Below, one piece after another: positions 1-8,816 of a stretch of 42,819 bases of DNA. Below the pieces are notes generated by a model that worked only from the letters and a program-made list of their open reading frames with translations, did not search any database and was not told the DNA's origin. Position numbers and translations under genes: made by a program. Positions within the stretch are counted from its first letter, which is position 1. Every line of letters begins with the position of its first letter. The DNA comes from a virus (Duplodnaviria > Caudoviricetes), in the IMG/VR virus record IMGVR_UViG_3300036713_000250, positions 1 to 42,819 of that record. The stretch is one strand, 5' to 3'.

Positions 1-349
1 AGGCTAGTATTGGTTATAACGTTAATCCAGATGATCCTAAGAATATAGATTTTATGAGAGAGAAATTAGGGTTACAAGGTTTAGCGGACGATCAGTTAAA
101 CACATATTTAAGAGGCCAGATAAGTGCGTTTGCAGATTTTGCAGATGAGCCTTTAGATTCACAAGAAGCAGTACAAGCTATTCAATCAGCTCCGAAAGGA
201 GATCAATATGGACAGTTTATCAAGTCAGGAGTACAACAAGCTGATTATACAGGTGAGGGGGATGTGGTTAAGCAGGGTGCAGCCGTTGACTGGGTGATGG
301 ATAAAGCGGGGCAACAAAAGCCAGAGGGAATGACAGCAGCAGAGTGGGC
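1..349 (+). repeat. Terminal direct repeat, left copy
   Basis: Identical to 42471-42819 except G128/A42598 and C321/G42791. Confidence 0.98.
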
Positions 350-1559
350 TATGCAAAAAGCTAAACAAGCACAGTCAGGACAGACAGGTGGAACAGTTCA
401 GCCAGGATCACCAGAGCAATGGGCGCAAACAGGACAGCCAGGTACAGCAGGCACAGGTGCGGATGCTTGGAGTACACAGACAGGAGGCTTGGGTAGTACA
501 CAATTACCTCAAGGGTCAGAGGATGCAATGGCCTTAGTTAGGAAAGCTTTTGAAATGGATGCTACTAATAATTTACAACAATATGATTGGTGGAATAATT
601 CACCAGTAAAGCAGGAAGCTTGGGAATTGATACAGCAAATTACAAGTACGCCAGAGTCTTTAGCAGAATATGTTAAACAACAAGGATTTGAGAATTTACA
701 AAATTATCAATGGTGGAATGATTCACCTTTTAAACAAGACGCTTGGAACTTGATTAAACCTACAGCTACAGATGCAGAGGCTTATAATATGGGTTACAAT
801 GAAGATACAGCAGAGAATCCGACAGGGGGGTATGATACACCTACAGGAGAGCCAGAGCCTACAGGTAGCCCTTATCAGGAGGCATTTGATTATATAGATA
901 GTTTACCCATACCAGACGAGCAGAAGATGTTTTATAAAAGTGTTGTGGAAGGCTGGGATCCAGATGCAGAGATTAATTATGAAAATGTTTTAAATGAGTT
1001 TCAAAGGATTAAGAACGATACAATAGATCCATATTATCAAACAATGGCTAACCAGATGATTGATGAAGTGGGACGAGCTAGAGATTTTGCGGTTAAAGAA
1101 AGGGAAATGCAAATGGAACAGGAAAGATTTGAAAAAGGTCAGGCTACTAGACAGATGAAAGAAGGATTAGAAAAGAGCGGAATGACGTTTACAGGTAAGG
1201 CTATAGAAGAGTTGGGTAAGGACGCAGCTTATGCGCAAACAGCAGGCAATACGGCTATACCTACACAGACAGATACAGAGGGAATGTTTTATGAGGGTAA
1301 TGTTAATCAGGCAGCTAGATTGATGAGTTCGAGTAATCAAGCTAGATATTTGAAAAATATGGCTTCATTAGCAGCAGAAGCGGAAAGCAGATTAGGATCA
1401 GGTCAAGCAGCGTTAATGGGAATACCAGGAGCACAATTAACAGGTGGAGTTACTGGTCAATTAGAAGAGAAGAAACAACAAGAATTAGCAGATACTCTAA
1501 GTGGCTTGGCTGGACAGGAGAGACAGAATGTCGCTTATAGAAATCCAATAACATTATAA
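54..1559 (+). CDS. C-terminal part of putative ejection/internal virion protein 1 (true start 42008 across the junction; 673 aa)
   Basis: The frame is open from ATG 42008 through the terminal repeat into ATG 54 (=42524). Q/G/A/T-rich and located after the tail genes, where podovirus ejection proteins sit. Confidence 0.7.
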   Translation: MREKLGLQGLADDQLNTYLRGQISAFADFADEPLDSQEAVQAIQSAPKGDQYGQFIKSGVQQADYTGEGDVVKQGAAVDWVMDKAGQQKPEGMTAAEWAMQKAKQAQSGQTGGTVQPGSPEQWAQTGQPGTAGTGADAWSTQTGGLGSTQLPQGSEDAMALVRKAFEMDATNNLQQYDWWNNSPVKQEAWELIQQITSTPESLAEYVKQQGFENLQNYQWWNDSPFKQDAWNLIKPTATDAEAYNMGYNEDTAENPTGGYDTPTGEPEPTGSPYQEAFDYIDSLPIPDEQKMFYKSVVEGWDPDAEINYENVLNEFQRIKNDTIDPYYQTMANQMIDEVGRARDFAVKEREMQMEQERFEKGQATRQMKEGLEKSGMTFTGKAIEELGKDAAYAQTAGNTAIPTQTDTEGMFYEGNVNQAARLMSSSNQARYLKNMASLAAEAESRLGSGQAALMGIPGAQLTGGVTGQLEEKKQQELADTLSGLAGQERQNVAYRNPITL

Positions 1560-1569
1560 TAATTGAAAT

Positions 1570-3129
1570 ATGCCTAACGTACCAGAACCAGAAAACAAAC
1601 CTCAATCAACTGTAAGCCAGCCTACAGCAGCACCAGTTGGAGCGGATGATATTACTAAAATTATGCAGACAGCTCAGAGTATGGGCTATAATCCTAAGAC
1701 TCAACAAGAGATGGATATGTTTGCACGTATGACCTTTAGTCCAGAGGAATTATCAACTAAGGGGTTGGATACAAAATATCAAACACAGCAACGGCAAGCA
1801 CAGGAAGCGAGTGCAGCGATGGACGCTTGGAAGCCTACTAATGCAGGATTGTTTGGATTGCAACAAGCTTTGAATATGAAAAAGAATGTGACTAACCAAG
1901 ATATTGGTGAGAGCAAGCTGTATGAAGCAGCGGGGATTAATGCTTATCCGACCTTGCGTCAGTCAATGGATGAAAGAAGTAGGGAGATGAAGAGTAAATA
2001 TGATTCTTTCCAGATGACGGTAGGACAGGCAGCAACAGGTATGGCGGATATGTATAGTGCAGCAGGTGAGACTTATGCTCGATTAATGGATGAGATAGAT
2101 AAACAGGATCAGAGAACTTATGAATTACTGGACGCAGCAGCACAACAGGAAAGACTATTGCAGCAAATGGAGATGGAACATAAATATAATATGGAGATGG
2201 AAGGGTATTTGGCTGATTTAGAGAAACAGGCAGTACAAAGAAATGGTAGCGGGGTTTATTCAGATACGATTGATACAAGCTCAGAGGGGTGGACTAAGGG
2301 AGAGCAAAGTTTAGATGATTTATTTAACTTGGGTACAGAGGTAGGATGGTGTGGTTATTATGCCTCAGATTTAAGTGATGCAGGAGCGGTAGGTGATAGT
2401 TGGTCTAGCAAGAAATCTAATATTACACACAGGAGTAATCCAACTGCAGGGGATAAATTATTAGTACCCCTTGGAGTGAGTGATGGAAAAGGATATGGAC
2501 ATGTAGCAGTTGTGTTGGGGTATAATCCTAATAGTGGTGATATATTAGTGGTTGAGTCTAATAGAGATGGTAGACAGAATAGAGGTGAAGGTCAGGGTGT
2601 TAATACTTTAGGGGTATATAATATGCAAGATTTACAGAGTACATATGGAAACAATTTTGGATTTAAGTCAGGAAACTTGAAAGGAAAATATGCAGATGCA
2701 CAACCTATAGCAGAGCAGATGGTAGGAAAAGGACAAATAGATACAGCCCTAGAATCTGCTATATTAAGTCCAGAAAGGTATCAGCCAGAAAGAGATAAGC
2801 AGGTACAAGCAGCTCAACAGCAAATAGGCGAGATGCCAGCTCCAACAGCTAAGTATGGAACAGAGTTTTTAGGAACTTTAGATATGAGTAATGTTGAAAG
2901 ACTTATCCAAATGGTTAATAATTATATGAGCCAGGGGAAGACTACAGAAGCTGATGCGGTAAAGTCTAAGATATATGAGGACTTAATGAACCAAGCAAAA
3001 GGAAAATTCGAGTCAGTTACAGATCAACGAGCATGGGTAGAAATGAAGATGGAAGAGATGGGAGTAGGAGGAGAAACATCTTCTACTGGTTCGACCTCTA
3101 GTGGTGGAGGTAGTAGAGTATATTTTTAA
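1570..3129 (+). CDS. Putative ejection protein 2 with CHAP (Cys-His amidase/peptidase) domain
   Basis: GWCGYYA (Cys codon 2350), GYGHVAVV (His 2500) and ILVVESN (Glu 2554) match CHAP catalytic motifs. Flanks are Q/M-rich and helical. Confidence 0.75.
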   Translation: MPNVPEPENKPQSTVSQPTAAPVGADDITKIMQTAQSMGYNPKTQQEMDMFARMTFSPEELSTKGLDTKYQTQQRQAQEASAAMDAWKPTNAGLFGLQQALNMKKNVTNQDIGESKLYEAAGINAYPTLRQSMDERSREMKSKYDSFQMTVGQAATGMADMYSAAGETYARLMDEIDKQDQRTYELLDAAAQQERLLQQMEMEHKYNMEMEGYLADLEKQAVQRNGSGVYSDTIDTSSEGWTKGEQSLDDLFNLGTEVGWCGYYASDLSDAGAVGDSWSSKKSNITHRSNPTAGDKLLVPLGVSDGKGYGHVAVVLGYNPNSGDILVVESNRDGRQNRGEGQGVNTLGVYNMQDLQSTYGNNFGFKSGNLKGKYADAQPIAEQMVGKGQIDTALESAILSPERYQPERDKQVQAAQQQIGEMPAPTAKYGTEFLGTLDMSNVERLIQMVNNYMSQGKTTEADAVKSKIYEDLMNQAKGKFESVTDQRAWVEMKMEEMGVGGETSSTGSTSSGGGSRVYF

Positions 3130-3133
3130 ATAA

Positions 3134-6100
3134 ATGACAATGGCACAATTACCATATCAGTTAGCTCTTGAAGGGTTACAGGAGCAAGAGAAAGAAAAAT
3201 TAGCACAACAACAAGCGGATGATTCTTTTAAGCTTCCTTATGAGCAGGCTATAGAACAGCGCAAAGAGGAAGAGATTAAACAGTATGAGCAGCCTACAGT
3301 AAGTCCTTTGATGAAACAGGCGGAAAAATATAGGCAGCAATTTGTGGATCTACAAACTGGATTTGTAGGGGATATAATGGAAGACGGCAGTAGGTCTTAT
3401 TATGAGAAGTTAAGAGCAATGGCAGGAACTTTAAGGGATGAAATGACTCAACGGCAAGCAGAAAGAAGACAGAAACTTGAGGAAGCAATGAGCAAGGTGA
3501 ATGAGTCTGTTAGCACCCTCGCTACTAAAACAGGATTGAAAGGTGTTGAGGATGGAGTGAGTAGACCTGCTGATACAACTATATCATCATTGAGTGAAAA
3601 GGATTATCAGGCAGGGCAAGACAGGATGGATTTGGTATATAACATTAGATCTAATATAGATCAAATGTGGGAAAAGAACGCTTGGATGAAAGAGAAGCTG
3701 GGTAGTCAGTTTCAAGGTACGCCTGTTGAAAAATTAAGGGAAGCGATACCCGAAAGAATGCAGGAACTTGAAGAGGAATATAATAAGGAAAAACAAACAG
3801 CAAGCTTTTTAGCCAGCGTAGCAGAACACTTTGATGCTGATTTAAGGAAGAGGTTGGGCGAGAATAGATTAATTGATTTAGAAGAAAGCGAGGCGGTTAG
3901 AAAGTCTTTTAACGACTTAGTAGAGGGGGCAAGTTTAGGGGTGTTAAGTCCTCAAGATTTAGCAGCTTTAGGCAAAGATGTTTATTTCAAAGATGGTCAA
4001 ATGTACTATAAAGACTTTCCTATCGCTAATGAATTTCTAACAGAGGAAGGGGCTAAGGCAAAGGCTCTTGTGGGAACTGGTACAAATATATTGTCTAGTT
4101 TTGGGACGTATGCGGGAGTAGCTGGTCTTATCTCAAAAGGAGTTACGGCAATGGCTACTGCTAAGAATTTAGGAAAAGTATCTAAGGTATTTCAAGCATT
4201 TAATAAATTTGAAAAAGCACATCCCATTTTGGCAGAGGTATTGGGGTACAATGTAGCAGAGGAATTGACAGAGGTAGCGGTAAGAAAAGGTACAGGGCAA
4301 GAGTATACATTTTCTAATTTTTTACAAGGTTTAGGTTTTGGGGCTGTATTGGGTGGAGCTATGAAAGGATTAGGAATTAGAAAAATTGAAGATTTAAAAA
4401 AGGTAGAAAATAAAGAATTGAAAAAGGTAGTTGAAGAAGCAGAGGTTGAAGCTAAGAAAATGATAGATCAAGGTATGAGTCCTCAACAAGTTGTTAAAGG
4501 TTTAAAAGATATAAGGTTGGGAGATACAACTTTAGGCAACGCCTTTAGTACGTTTAAAGAACAGAGATTAGCAGGATTAACAGGCATAGGAAAACCAGAG
4601 GGTAGACCAGGTATAGAGAAGGCAGCACCGTTGCCAGAAGTATCACCAGAACTAAAACCATTATACGATGAGGCTAAGAAGTATAAGAGTGCGGAGGAGT
4701 TTGTGAAATCTCAACAAATATTTTATCATGGAACCAATGAGCCTTTTGAAAAATTAAGTTTATCAAAAACTGGTTTAGCTTCTGGTAATAAGTATGGTGG
4801 TGAAAATTTATTATTTTTTACATCCGATAAAAAGATAGCAAAAACGTACGCAAAAGCAGATCCAGAATTAATAAAAGCATACGGATTAAATCCAAGAATA
4901 ATTGAAGCTAGTATAAAAATTGAAAATCCTCTAGTAATTGATGCAAAAGGTAGGGGGTATGGAGCGATACATGATGAAGCTATTAAAACGGCAAAGAAAA
5001 ACGGGAATGATGGGCTAATTATTAAAAACGTATTAGATACAAATGATGCAAAAGTGAATAGACCTCAAGAATTAAGGGTAGTATTTAAAGACTCACAAAT
5101 CAAAACAAAAGAGGAACTCACCGACATCTACAACCAAGCCACAGGCAAGATAGCTTTACCCAAAGAAACTTTAAAAACAGATAAGTTTGCATGGTTAAGA
5201 GGTGATAAAGAGGGGAAGGCTTTAAGTCAGGATTTAGAGCTGAGGAAAAAGGAGTTGATGAATAAAGGTGAGAAGATGATTAATGATTATATAGAAGAGA
5301 TGCTAAAACCTAATATGGTAAAGGGTGTTGAACAGGGAAAATTAATTAGAGATGAGGAGGGAAAAGTTGTTGGAAGGGAAGGGCGTAAGAGTAATAATGA
5401 TAAATGGTATTCAGATTTTTATAAGAAGAATAATAGAAAGCCTAATAAAAAAGAATTAAAAGAAATAGCCATTAGGCATTTAGCAGAAGGTCATACAGAT
5501 TATACTTTTGAAATACCTGCTAATAAAGAGTTCTTAAATGTTGTGGAACAGGTAGAGATTTTGAATAAAGGTATAGATATAGATAAGGTTATAAAAGAAC
5601 AAAGTAGGAAGGCACAGGAGGCCGTTACAGCCCCTCTAAAACAAGAAAGGTTAGACTACATAAAGGAACAACTACAAAAGAAATTGTCGCGTGAGAAGGC
5701 TGTAAAAGAGGGTACGTTTGAAGTAGCGAAAGATGATTTAAAAAAGATTAGGAAGAGTGGGGGAATGTCACAAGATTTATTAGGGCTAGTAGATAAGGCA
5801 GTAGGTGGTTTGACTTCCAATGCAGTAAAGGGAGTAGCAAAAGTTTTAGATATGGCTACTAATTTGCCTAAACTAAAAGAGTTTAAGCATTTTGCAAAAT
5901 CTAAATTAGCAAAACTTACCCCTCAAGCTGGATTGCCTGATGACGTATATAAAGCTTTAGAAGACTATAGGAAGATGCAGAATACAGAGTTTAAAGGTAT
6001 TCAAGAGTTTACAAAACAGTTATCTGAAATTACTAAAAAGAAAGTTAGTAAAGAGGATGCGTTTAAGTATTTAAGTGGTGAAGATGTTAAATTAGATAAA

Positions 6101-8431
6101 GAGGTTAGGAATGTGTTAGATCCTATACGAGATGAAATAGATATTGAAGGGCTTAGACAGGTGCAGATTGGGAATTTAAAGAAAGAAGTTTTTGAGGTAA
6201 ATGTAGGAAAGTATATGAGGCGACTATACGCAGCTCATAAGGTTGATGGTTTTTCGCCTACAGCAGAAAAGTACAATAATTTAATAAAAGCTTTTCAGGA
6301 AAAAGGGAAGATAATACAAAGTGAACAGATAAAAAGGAAGGGGGAACAAAGTATATCAGATGGAGAAAATCTTATTGCAAAAGGAAAGGAATTAAATAAA
6401 GAAGCTTTAAATTTAAAAGATGATAAAAAGAAAAAAACATTGATAAAATCAAGAAATTTTATAAAAAAAGGAAAGGGGAAAATAAGTAGTGGAAAAAGGC
6501 TTATTACTAAAGGTAAAAAAATAGCAAGCGAGAAGTTTAGTTTAGAGGACGCAGAGGATGCCATTATGGGGATAATGACTAAGAATATTAAAGACAAATT
6601 TAAAGGTTTAATGCCATCAGGGATTAAACAAGGCGGTGATTTTACAAAAAGAAGAAAGTTAGGTGACGATGAGTTGTCTTTAGCAATTAGGGATTTTCTT
6701 GAAGAAGTGCAAGATCCTGAATACGTTATAGGAAAAACATTATTTGATTTAAAACGATCAAGAATTAATGCAGAGTTTTTAAAAGATTTAGAGGGTACAA
6801 AATATGTAGTAGATGAAATCCCCGCAGGAGAATTTAAGAATTATAAAAAACTTGGTGATGGATATGGAGCTTTAGAAGGAAAGTTTTTGAAGAAAGATAT
6901 TTTTGACTATATGGAAGGGATGAAGGCGGATAGCGAAAAGCTTAGTAAGACATTGACTAAGCTTAATAATTTTATGAAAGCCAATTTGACTGTAAGAAAT
7001 CCAGGAGGGCAATTTAGAAACTTGACCTCTAACTTTGCTACATCTCAATCTATTTTAGGTCATAACTTTATTTCTCCTAGCGGGGCAAAGGATTTAGTAG
7101 ATTCAATTAAGTCAATAAAGAATAAAGATAATTTCTATAAAGAGTTGTTAGCTTATGGTCGATTAGGTGATACTGGAATTACAAGAGACTTAGGAAATAG
7201 ATTGGAGGAGGTTGTGGGAGAATTTGAAAAAGGTGGTAAGGTAAAACAGTTTATAAAAAAGATAGACGGATTCTTAGGGGAGAGTTATGAGTTTGGCGAT
7301 AACATGTTTTTAATGGCTAATTATAAAAAACTTAGAGCAAAAGGGTTAAAGCCTTTAGAAGCTTTACAGCAGGCTAATAGAGTCACCCCTGATTATGGAG
7401 AGATCCCGCCTTTAATAGCTCAAGCAAGACGCTCTGTTATTGGTCTCCCTTTTGTTACATGGAGGTATAAAGTTTATCCAGAGATTGTTAAGGCAGCCCT
7501 TAATACTCCTGTTAGGACAACAATGCCAGTATGGTTCCCTATAACAGTAGCTAATTTAGTAGCAAGTCAATTAGACTTAACAGATGAGGAAAAGGAAGTT
7601 TTTAAAACCTCAGTATATAGAGATGGGATGATCCCTATAGGAAGAGCGGAGAATGGAGATGTTACTTACATGAATTTTAGTCAATACACTCCCTTTGCAG
7701 ACTTGTTTAAGGGAAGGTATACAGGAGAAGATACGGCATTAGGATTTTTACCAGACCAATTAGAGGGGTATGTGTCAGGGACGGTGCCTGGAATTGGATC
7801 TTTTCCCGTGCAAGCTATGTTAAATATATCTCAAAATCACGATCCTTTTAGTGGTAGACAGATAAGTTATGAAGATGCTTGGACACCAAAATGGGGTTGG
7901 GATGTAGCTTCATATTTAGCCCCTCAATTATTGCCAGTAATAGGTACAGGGGTAAGGAACGTAGAAAGAACAGTACAAGGAGACATGGAGCCTTGGGAGG
8001 CTTTATTAAAAACAACAACAGGGTTAAAGGCCGAATCATTAGGTGTAGGAAGATTTGAGGAAACAGAGAAATATCAAGATCCAGGGTTTTCAATGGATAA
8101 GACTAAAATGAAAATATATGATGAGGCTGAAAGAATAGCTAAGTTAGCAGAAAAAGATCCAGAAGAAGCTAATAAGGAACTTGATAAACTGTATGACGAA
8201 AATCCTGAGCAAGAAAAATATATAAGTGAGAGAGTTAGATATGAGAGGGATAAAGTTACAGGGAAGTCGAAAGACCAAAAGAAAATTAGAACAGAAGTGT
8301 CTAACCTAGTAAATATTGCAAAGGTTGATAAAGAAAAGGCTAATGAACGGGTAGATCAGCTATATGAAGAATATCCAGAGTATGAGGAATATATATCTAA
8401 GAAAATGCAGGAGGCGGTTGAGGCTATGTAA
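3134..8431 (+). CDS. Large polyvalent/ejection protein (1765 aa) with an ADP-ribosyltransferase-like (ART-PolyVal-like) domain
   Basis: Last and largest gene of the virion arm. FYHGT...LFFTSDKKIAKTYA...IENPL...DGLIIKNV...QELRVVFKDSQIK at 4721-5104. Hydrophobic G/A-rich helices at about aa 310-415. Confidence 0.75.
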   Translation: MTMAQLPYQLALEGLQEQEKEKLAQQQADDSFKLPYEQAIEQRKEEEIKQYEQPTVSPLMKQAEKYRQQFVDLQTGFVGDIMEDGSRSYYEKLRAMAGTLRDEMTQRQAERRQKLEEAMSKVNESVSTLATKTGLKGVEDGVSRPADTTISSLSEKDYQAGQDRMDLVYNIRSNIDQMWEKNAWMKEKLGSQFQGTPVEKLREAIPERMQELEEEYNKEKQTASFLASVAEHFDADLRKRLGENRLIDLEESEAVRKSFNDLVEGASLGVLSPQDLAALGKDVYFKDGQMYYKDFPIANEFLTEEGAKAKALVGTGTNILSSFGTYAGVAGLISKGVTAMATAKNLGKVSKVFQAFNKFEKAHPILAEVLGYNVAEELTEVAVRKGTGQEYTFSNFLQGLGFGAVLGGAMKGLGIRKIEDLKKVENKELKKVVEEAEVEAKKMIDQGMSPQQVVKGLKDIRLGDTTLGNAFSTFKEQRLAGLTGIGKPEGRPGIEKAAPLPEVSPELKPLYDEAKKYKSAEEFVKSQQIFYHGTNEPFEKLSLSKTGLASGNKYGGENLLFFTSDKKIAKTYAKADPELIKAYGLNPRIIEASIKIENPLVIDAKGRGYGAIHDEAIKTAKKNGNDGLIIKNVLDTNDAKVNRPQELRVVFKDSQIKTKEELTDIYNQATGKIALPKETLKTDKFAWLRGDKEGKALSQDLELRKKELMNKGEKMINDYIEEMLKPNMVKGVEQGKLIRDEEGKVVGREGRKSNNDKWYSDFYKKNNRKPNKKELKEIAIRHLAEGHTDYTFEIPANKEFLNVVEQVEILNKGIDIDKVIKEQSRKAQEAVTAPLKQERLDYIKEQLQKKLSREKAVKEGTFEVAKDDLKKIRKSGGMSQDLLGLVDKAVGGLTSNAVKGVAKVLDMATNLPKLKEFKHFAKSKLAKLTPQAGLPDDVYKALEDYRKMQNTEFKGIQEFTKQLSEITKKKVSKEDAFKYLSGEDVKLDKEVRNVLDPIRDEIDIEGLRQVQIGNLKKEVFEVNVGKYMRRLYAAHKVDGFSPTAEKYNNLIKAFQEKGKIIQSEQIKRKGEQSISDGENLIAKGKELNKEALNLKDDKKKKTLIKSRNFIKKGKGKISSGKRLITKGKKIASEKFSLEDAEDAIMGIMTKNIKDKFKGLMPSGIKQGGDFTKRRKLGDDELSLAIRDFLEEVQDPEYVIGKTLFDLKRSRINAEFLKDLEGTKYVVDEIPAGEFKNYKKLGDGYGALEGKFLKKDIFDYMEGMKADSEKLSKTLTKLNNFMKANLTVRNPGGQFRNLTSNFATSQSILGHNFISPSGAKDLVDSIKSIKNKDNFYKELLAYGRLGDTGITRDLGNRLEEVVGEFEKGGKVKQFIKKIDGFLGESYEFGDNMFLMANYKKLRAKGLKPLEALQQANRVTPDYGEIPPLIAQARRSVIGLPFVTWRYKVYPEIVKAALNTPVRTTMPVWFPITVANLVASQLDLTDEEKEVFKTSVYRDGMIPIGRAENGDVTYMNFSQYTPFADLFKGRYTGEDTALGFLPDQLEGYVSGTVPGIGSFPVQAMLNISQNHDPFSGRQISYEDAWTPKWGWDVASYLAPQLLPVIGTGVRNVERTVQGDMEPWEALLKTTTGLKAESLGVGRFEETEKYQDPGFSMDKTKMKIYDEAERIAKLAEKDPEEANKELDKLYDENPEQEKYISERVRYERDKVTGKSKDQKKIRTEVSNLVNIAKVDKEKANERVDQLYEEYPEYEEYISKKMQEAVEAM

Positions 8432-8554
8432 TTATGGTAGATAATGAGGTGTTGCCCCTCCTTGAGGGATTAAATCAGGCGTAAAAATAACACCTAAAAC
8501 AATTATTGCAAACCATATTTCTAGCCAATACTTTTTTACAAAAGATGTAAGCAT
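8432..8554 (-). CDS. Unannotated 40-aa single-pass membrane peptide MLTSFVKKYWLEIWFAIIVLGVIFTPDLIPQGGATPHYLP
   Basis: Translated by hand. It has its own near-consensus promoter, and its stop abuts the stop of the giant gene. Confidence 0.7.
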   Translation of the reverse strand: MLTSFVKKYWLEIWFAIIVLGVIFTPDLIPQGGATPHYLP

Positions 8555-8577
8555 GTAATAAATTAAATTACACTCCA

Positions 8578-8606
8578 ACTATATCACAGATAAAACAATT
8601 TGTCAA
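8578..8606 (-). promoter_or_regulatory. Sigma70-type promoter TTGACA-17-TATAGT with extended -10 (TGn)
   Basis: -35 at 8606-8601 and -10 at 8583-8578 with an exact 17-nt spacer. Confidence 0.8.
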
Positions 8607-8669
8607 CACAACAAGGGGACACAGTTTGATTAAGTTGATGCCCCCTTGAAACGGGTTTCAAAATCAGCC

Positions 8670-8701
8670 AAAAAACGCCTTCGCAATTGAGGGCGCTTTT
8701 T
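8670..8701. terminator. Probable bidirectional intrinsic terminator
   Basis: AAAAAA-CGCCTTC-GCAATT-GAGGGCG-CTTTTT: GC-rich stem flanked by A and T tracts. Confidence 0.65.
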
Positions 8702-8747
8702 GGTATAGTGGTTTCAAAGTCACCCCTCTTTGGAGGGGGTCTTTTAA

Positions 8748-8783
8748 AATACCCATTGACTTTAATTCGCCAATGGGTATTAT
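8748..8783 (+). promoter_or_regulatory. KilA-N promoter (TTGACT-16-TATTAT) overlapped by an 11-bp inverted repeat
   Basis: AATACCCATTG at 8748-8758 and CAATGGGTATT at 8771-8781; -35 at 8756-8761, -10 at 8778-8783. Confidence 0.6.
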
Positions 8784-8816
8784 GTTAATATCTAGTAATA
8801 TTAACAACTTTATCTT

